DNA from: a virus
Taxonomy: Duplodnaviria; Caudoviricetes
Virus record (IMG/VR): IMGVR_UViG_3300010344_000600
Location: 1 to 64,000 of that record
DNA length: 64,000 nt
Strand: one strand, 5' to 3'
Shown: piece after piece, positions 61,534-64,000 of the stretch
Layout of the letters: the number at the start of each line of letters is the position of its first letter
Position numbering within the stretch: the first letter of the stretch is position 1
Notes under the pieces: model-generated
Seen by the model: the letters and a program-made list of their open reading frames with translations, nothing else
Databases searched by the model: none
Told to the model about the DNA's origin: nothing
Made by a program: the position numbers and the translations under genes

Positions 61534-63101
61534 GCAAACTTTCCTATCAGTTGCATCGCGGGGATTGCCTTGAGTTTGTAAAGACTATTCCGGACAACAG
61601 CATCGATTCGATTGTGACAGATCCCCCGTATCACCTGACAACGGGAAAGAAAGGCGGAACAGGGTCTGCCTCTATAAATCTCAACTCGCCAGCGGGACGG
61701 TCTTTGATATCGACAGGGTTCATGGGGATGTCCTGGGACGGCGGCGACATTGCGTTCAGCGTTGAGTTGTGGTCGGAGTGCCTGCGGGTGTTAAAGCCAG
61801 GGGGGCACTTGTTGGCTTTCTCAGGATCTCGAACCTATCACCGCATGGCATGCGCGATCGAGGATTCTGGGTTTGAGATTCGAGACAATATTGCCAGGTT
61901 CTATACAGGCGATGAGGATATATCCGATTTCCTAGATAGCCTAACGCACGTGCAACGGGAGAAGTTTCTTGACGCGTTCGGGCGCCCTGCAATTGTTGAA
62001 TGGGTTTACGGCTCAGGATTCCCGAAAAGCCTAGATGTGTCGAAGGCGATTGATAAATCGGCGGGAGCTGACCGCGAAGTTCTTGGGGTTATTGATTCTC
62101 GTGTAAAATTCGACGGGCGAGACAGGGCATCATCGGCCATGAACAATAAATGGAGGGCGGCAGAAGGACGATCTGATATTCGAGATTTTAGTAAAAAAGA
62201 ACTTTCAACCCCTTCGACCAACGAAGCCAAGCAGTGGGAAGGTTGGGGAACTGCCCTTAAACCCGCTCATGAACCGATCTGCTTGGCCAGAAAGCCGATC
62301 TCCGAGAACACTGTCGCAGCCAACGTCTTGGAGCATGGGGTAGGCGCTGTGAATATTGATGGGTGCCGCGTCGAGCCAACAGGAGAAAGGCTTGGTGGAG
62401 GCGATGAAAGTGGCAAAGTAAGCAAGCCGGAGGGATGGGCGAGGCCGTGGATGGATGATGCTGAGCACGTTGCGACTCATAGCGCAAAGGTCACAGCAAA
62501 TGTAGAAAAAGCGACCAAGCTCGGGCGCTGGCCGGCAAACTTAATTCACGACGGAAGCGATGAGGTTGTCGCGTTGTTTCCAGAAGCCAACAGTGCGCGC
62601 GCAAGTGGAAATCCAAACAACCCAAAACACGGAAGAAAATGCGATCCAACCTCGTATAACTGGAATCCAGAGAGAGTGTCTCATGACTTCCGAGATACCG
62701 GAAGCGCAGCCCGCTTCTTCTACTGCGCAAAGGCGTCGCGTTCCGACCGTAACGAAGGTCTTGATGGACCAGGCCCGCAGTTTAAGCATGGCGCAACGCT
62801 GAGACAGGTAGAAAACACAGAAACAAAAGGGAATAACCACCCGACCGTTAAGCCAACTGCGTTGATGCGGCATCTCGTGCGTCTGATTACGCCACCTGGA
62901 GGCGTCGTTCTTGATCCATTCATGGGTAGCGGATCAACAGGAAAAGCGGCCATCCTCGAAGGATTCAGGTTTATCGGGGTCGACAAGGATGACGACGGAG
63001 AAGGAAATCCACTTGGCTATATCGACATTGCCGAGGCTCGTATCAAGCATGCCGTCAATCAAAAGATGGAAGAAACAGCCCAGAAATCACTTGACCTGTA
63101 G
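61530..63101 (+). CDS. Beta-class N6-adenine/N4-cytosine DNA methyltransferase
   Basis: VTDPPY (motif IV) N-terminal, W.YGSGFPKS, LKPA.EPI.LARKP, HPTVKP, VLDPFMGSGSTG (motif I) C-terminal. Confidence 0.92.
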   Translation: MSKLSYQLHRGDCLEFVKTIPDNSIDSIVTDPPYHLTTGKKGGTGSASINLNSPAGRSLISTGFMGMSWDGGDIAFSVELWSECLRVLKPGGHLLAFSGSRTYHRMACAIEDSGFEIRDNIARFYTGDEDISDFLDSLTHVQREKFLDAFGRPAIVEWVYGSGFPKSLDVSKAIDKSAGADREVLGVIDSRVKFDGRDRASSAMNNKWRAAEGRSDIRDFSKKELSTPSTNEAKQWEGWGTALKPAHEPICLARKPISENTVAANVLEHGVGAVNIDGCRVEPTGERLGGGDESGKVSKPEGWARPWMDDAEHVATHSAKVTANVEKATKLGRWPANLIHDGSDEVVALFPEANSARASGNPNNPKHGRKCDPTSYNWNPERVSHDFRDTGSAARFFYCAKASRSDRNEGLDGPGPQFKHGATLRQVENTETKGNNHPTVKPTALMRHLVRLITPPGGVVLDPFMGSGSTGKAAILEGFRFIGVDKDDDGEGNPLGYIDIAEARIKHAVNQKMEETAQKSLDL

Positions 63102-63106
63102 ACCGG

Positions 63107-63355
63107 ATGACCATGAAACCAAGACACATCCCCCGCAAACAACCCCGGAACATCACGCTTTCCACGCTCGGTAACGTTGTCGCCGGGCCGCGTGCGGTGA
63201 TCGAAACTGAGCGCGTCGTTAACCGCGCGATTGCAATGCGCGATGACCAGGCAATGCTGGTCTCCGCACAGGAGAAACGTGAGCGCAAGGCGGCCAAGGC
63301 GGCGGCGCTGGTCCGGCGTAACAACCAAAAAAGAAAGGACTGCAATGGTCTCTAA
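63107..63355 (+). CDS. Hypothetical basic protein
   Basis: Operon position. Confidence 0.5.
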   Translation: MTMKPRHIPRKQPRNITLSTLGNVVAGPRAVIETERVVNRAIAMRDDQAMLVSAQEKRERKAAKAAALVRRNNQKRKDCNGL

Positions 63356-63572
63356 GCTAGCAACGATAGATTGCCTACCCGGACAGCAATGGAGTGCGCC
63401 GGCCGCCCTTGGCGACGCCATGGCTTCGGTGGATGACTCGACCAAGATAGTCATCCTGTTCCTTGATGAAAACAACCACCTACGCATGCGATCGGCCAAT
63501 GTCAGCTATGCCGAAGCTCACCTGATGCTGCTGCAGGAAGCAAAAATTGTCCTTGATGAGTCGATGGAATGA
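63345..63572 (+). CDS. Hypothetical protein
   Basis: AAAGGA RBS; ATGA overlap with the next gene. Confidence 0.55.
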   Translation: MVSKLATIDCLPGQQWSAPAALGDAMASVDDSTKIVILFLDENNHLRMRSANVSYAEAHLMLLQEAKIVLDESME

Positions 63573-63874
63573 GCAGAACAGAGGTCCTGGAGAAAAAAGG
63601 GGGTCCGGCGTTCCCGACCCCTTTATCGCGCGACGCTTGTGGGCGGATGGTAAGCCCTCTTCAGTATGATCTTGGTGGCCTGACGGCACGAGACTACTTC
63701 GCGGCCCATGCGCCTGATGTTCCTGATTTCTTTCCGTCGCAATCAACCCTTCGCGTTGTTGATATTGGCAATGGAATGGTAGGCCCAAGGGATATCAAGG
63801 AAACCGCGATGGAGCGTTTTATTCGGTGGAAGTTCGTCTACGCCGACGCCATGCTAGCCGAGCGTACCAAATGA
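63569..63874 (+). CDS. Conserved phage protein (GGPAFP...RDYFAA family)
   Basis: GGPAFP, G.T.RDYFAA.A, Y.YADAMLAER motifs. Confidence 0.75.
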   Translation: MSRTEVLEKKGGPAFPTPLSRDACGRMVSPLQYDLGGLTARDYFAAHAPDVPDFFPSQSTLRVVDIGNGMVGPRDIKETAMERFIRWKFVYADAMLAERTK

Positions 63875-64000
63875 ACAAGACTAACCAATGGACGCATGAT
63901 GGTCTGCAGTCGGACCTGGCTGAACACTTGGCTTCGACCCGTGATCGCATCATTTGGGAGGATATGCAGATTGGCCCCTCGGGATCGCCGCGTCCGGACG
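63871..64000 (+). CDS. Putative MmcB-like PD-(D/E)XK nuclease, 3'-truncated by the window edge
   Basis: THD.L..DLA.HL...W.DMQ.GP.GSPRPD. Confidence 0.5.
   Translation, partial: MNKTNQWTHDGLQSDLAEHLASTRDRIIWEDMQIGPSGSPRPD

Larger units (their letters stand above)
1..64000. mobile_element. Temperate phage genome segment, probably a plasmid-prophage (phage-plasmid)
   Basis: Continuous phage gene content (spanins, virion genes, recombination, CI/Cro, O/P-like, Q-like) with a parA/rep/ori module and no integrase in the window; no host housekeeping genes seen. Confidence 0.9.

Noticed and set aside
1-64000. tRNA, rRNA, integrase/att sites, toxin-antitoxin pairs
   Set aside because: No supporting sequence recognised by eye; tRNAscan-SE and HMM searches would be needed to exclude them formally

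Overview
The whole window is part of one temperate phage genome, probably short-tailed and probably infecting a betaproteobacterium (both are inferences). Left to right: the 3' ends of overlapping spanins (Rz/Rz1); a tail/virion gene block (0.7-12 kb); putative ejection proteins; and a 5625-aa polyvalent protein combining InPase-like, LPD1-like zincin, N6-adenine MTase, Strawberry-notch helicase, two more HExxH peptidases and a PLxRFG domain. At the junction where a lambdoid/P22-like phage normally carries its integrase there is instead a complete plasmid replicon: parA, a small RHH partner, a WGR-like gene, a wHTH Rep, and an origin with a DnaA box, an AT-rich tract and three palindromic repeats. 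This points to a phage-plasmid. The leftward early operon follows (RecE-like, RecT, SMC-like ATPase, RsaL-like HTH, a C4-like structured RNA, RdgC-FtsK-gamma fusion). It is interrupted by a 2263-bp ISL3 element with 25-bp TIRs, an 8-bp TSD, a PAPS-reductase-like cargo gene and an HNH-like tail on the transposase. A CI/Cro switch has identical recognition helices. The rightward operon carries O/P-like replication genes, two DNA MTases, a Q-like antiterminator and a dense cluster of HNH endonucleases. One HNH is overprinted inside the C5-MTase gene, whose own frame stays open across it. All family assignments are from motif recognition by eye; no database search was run.
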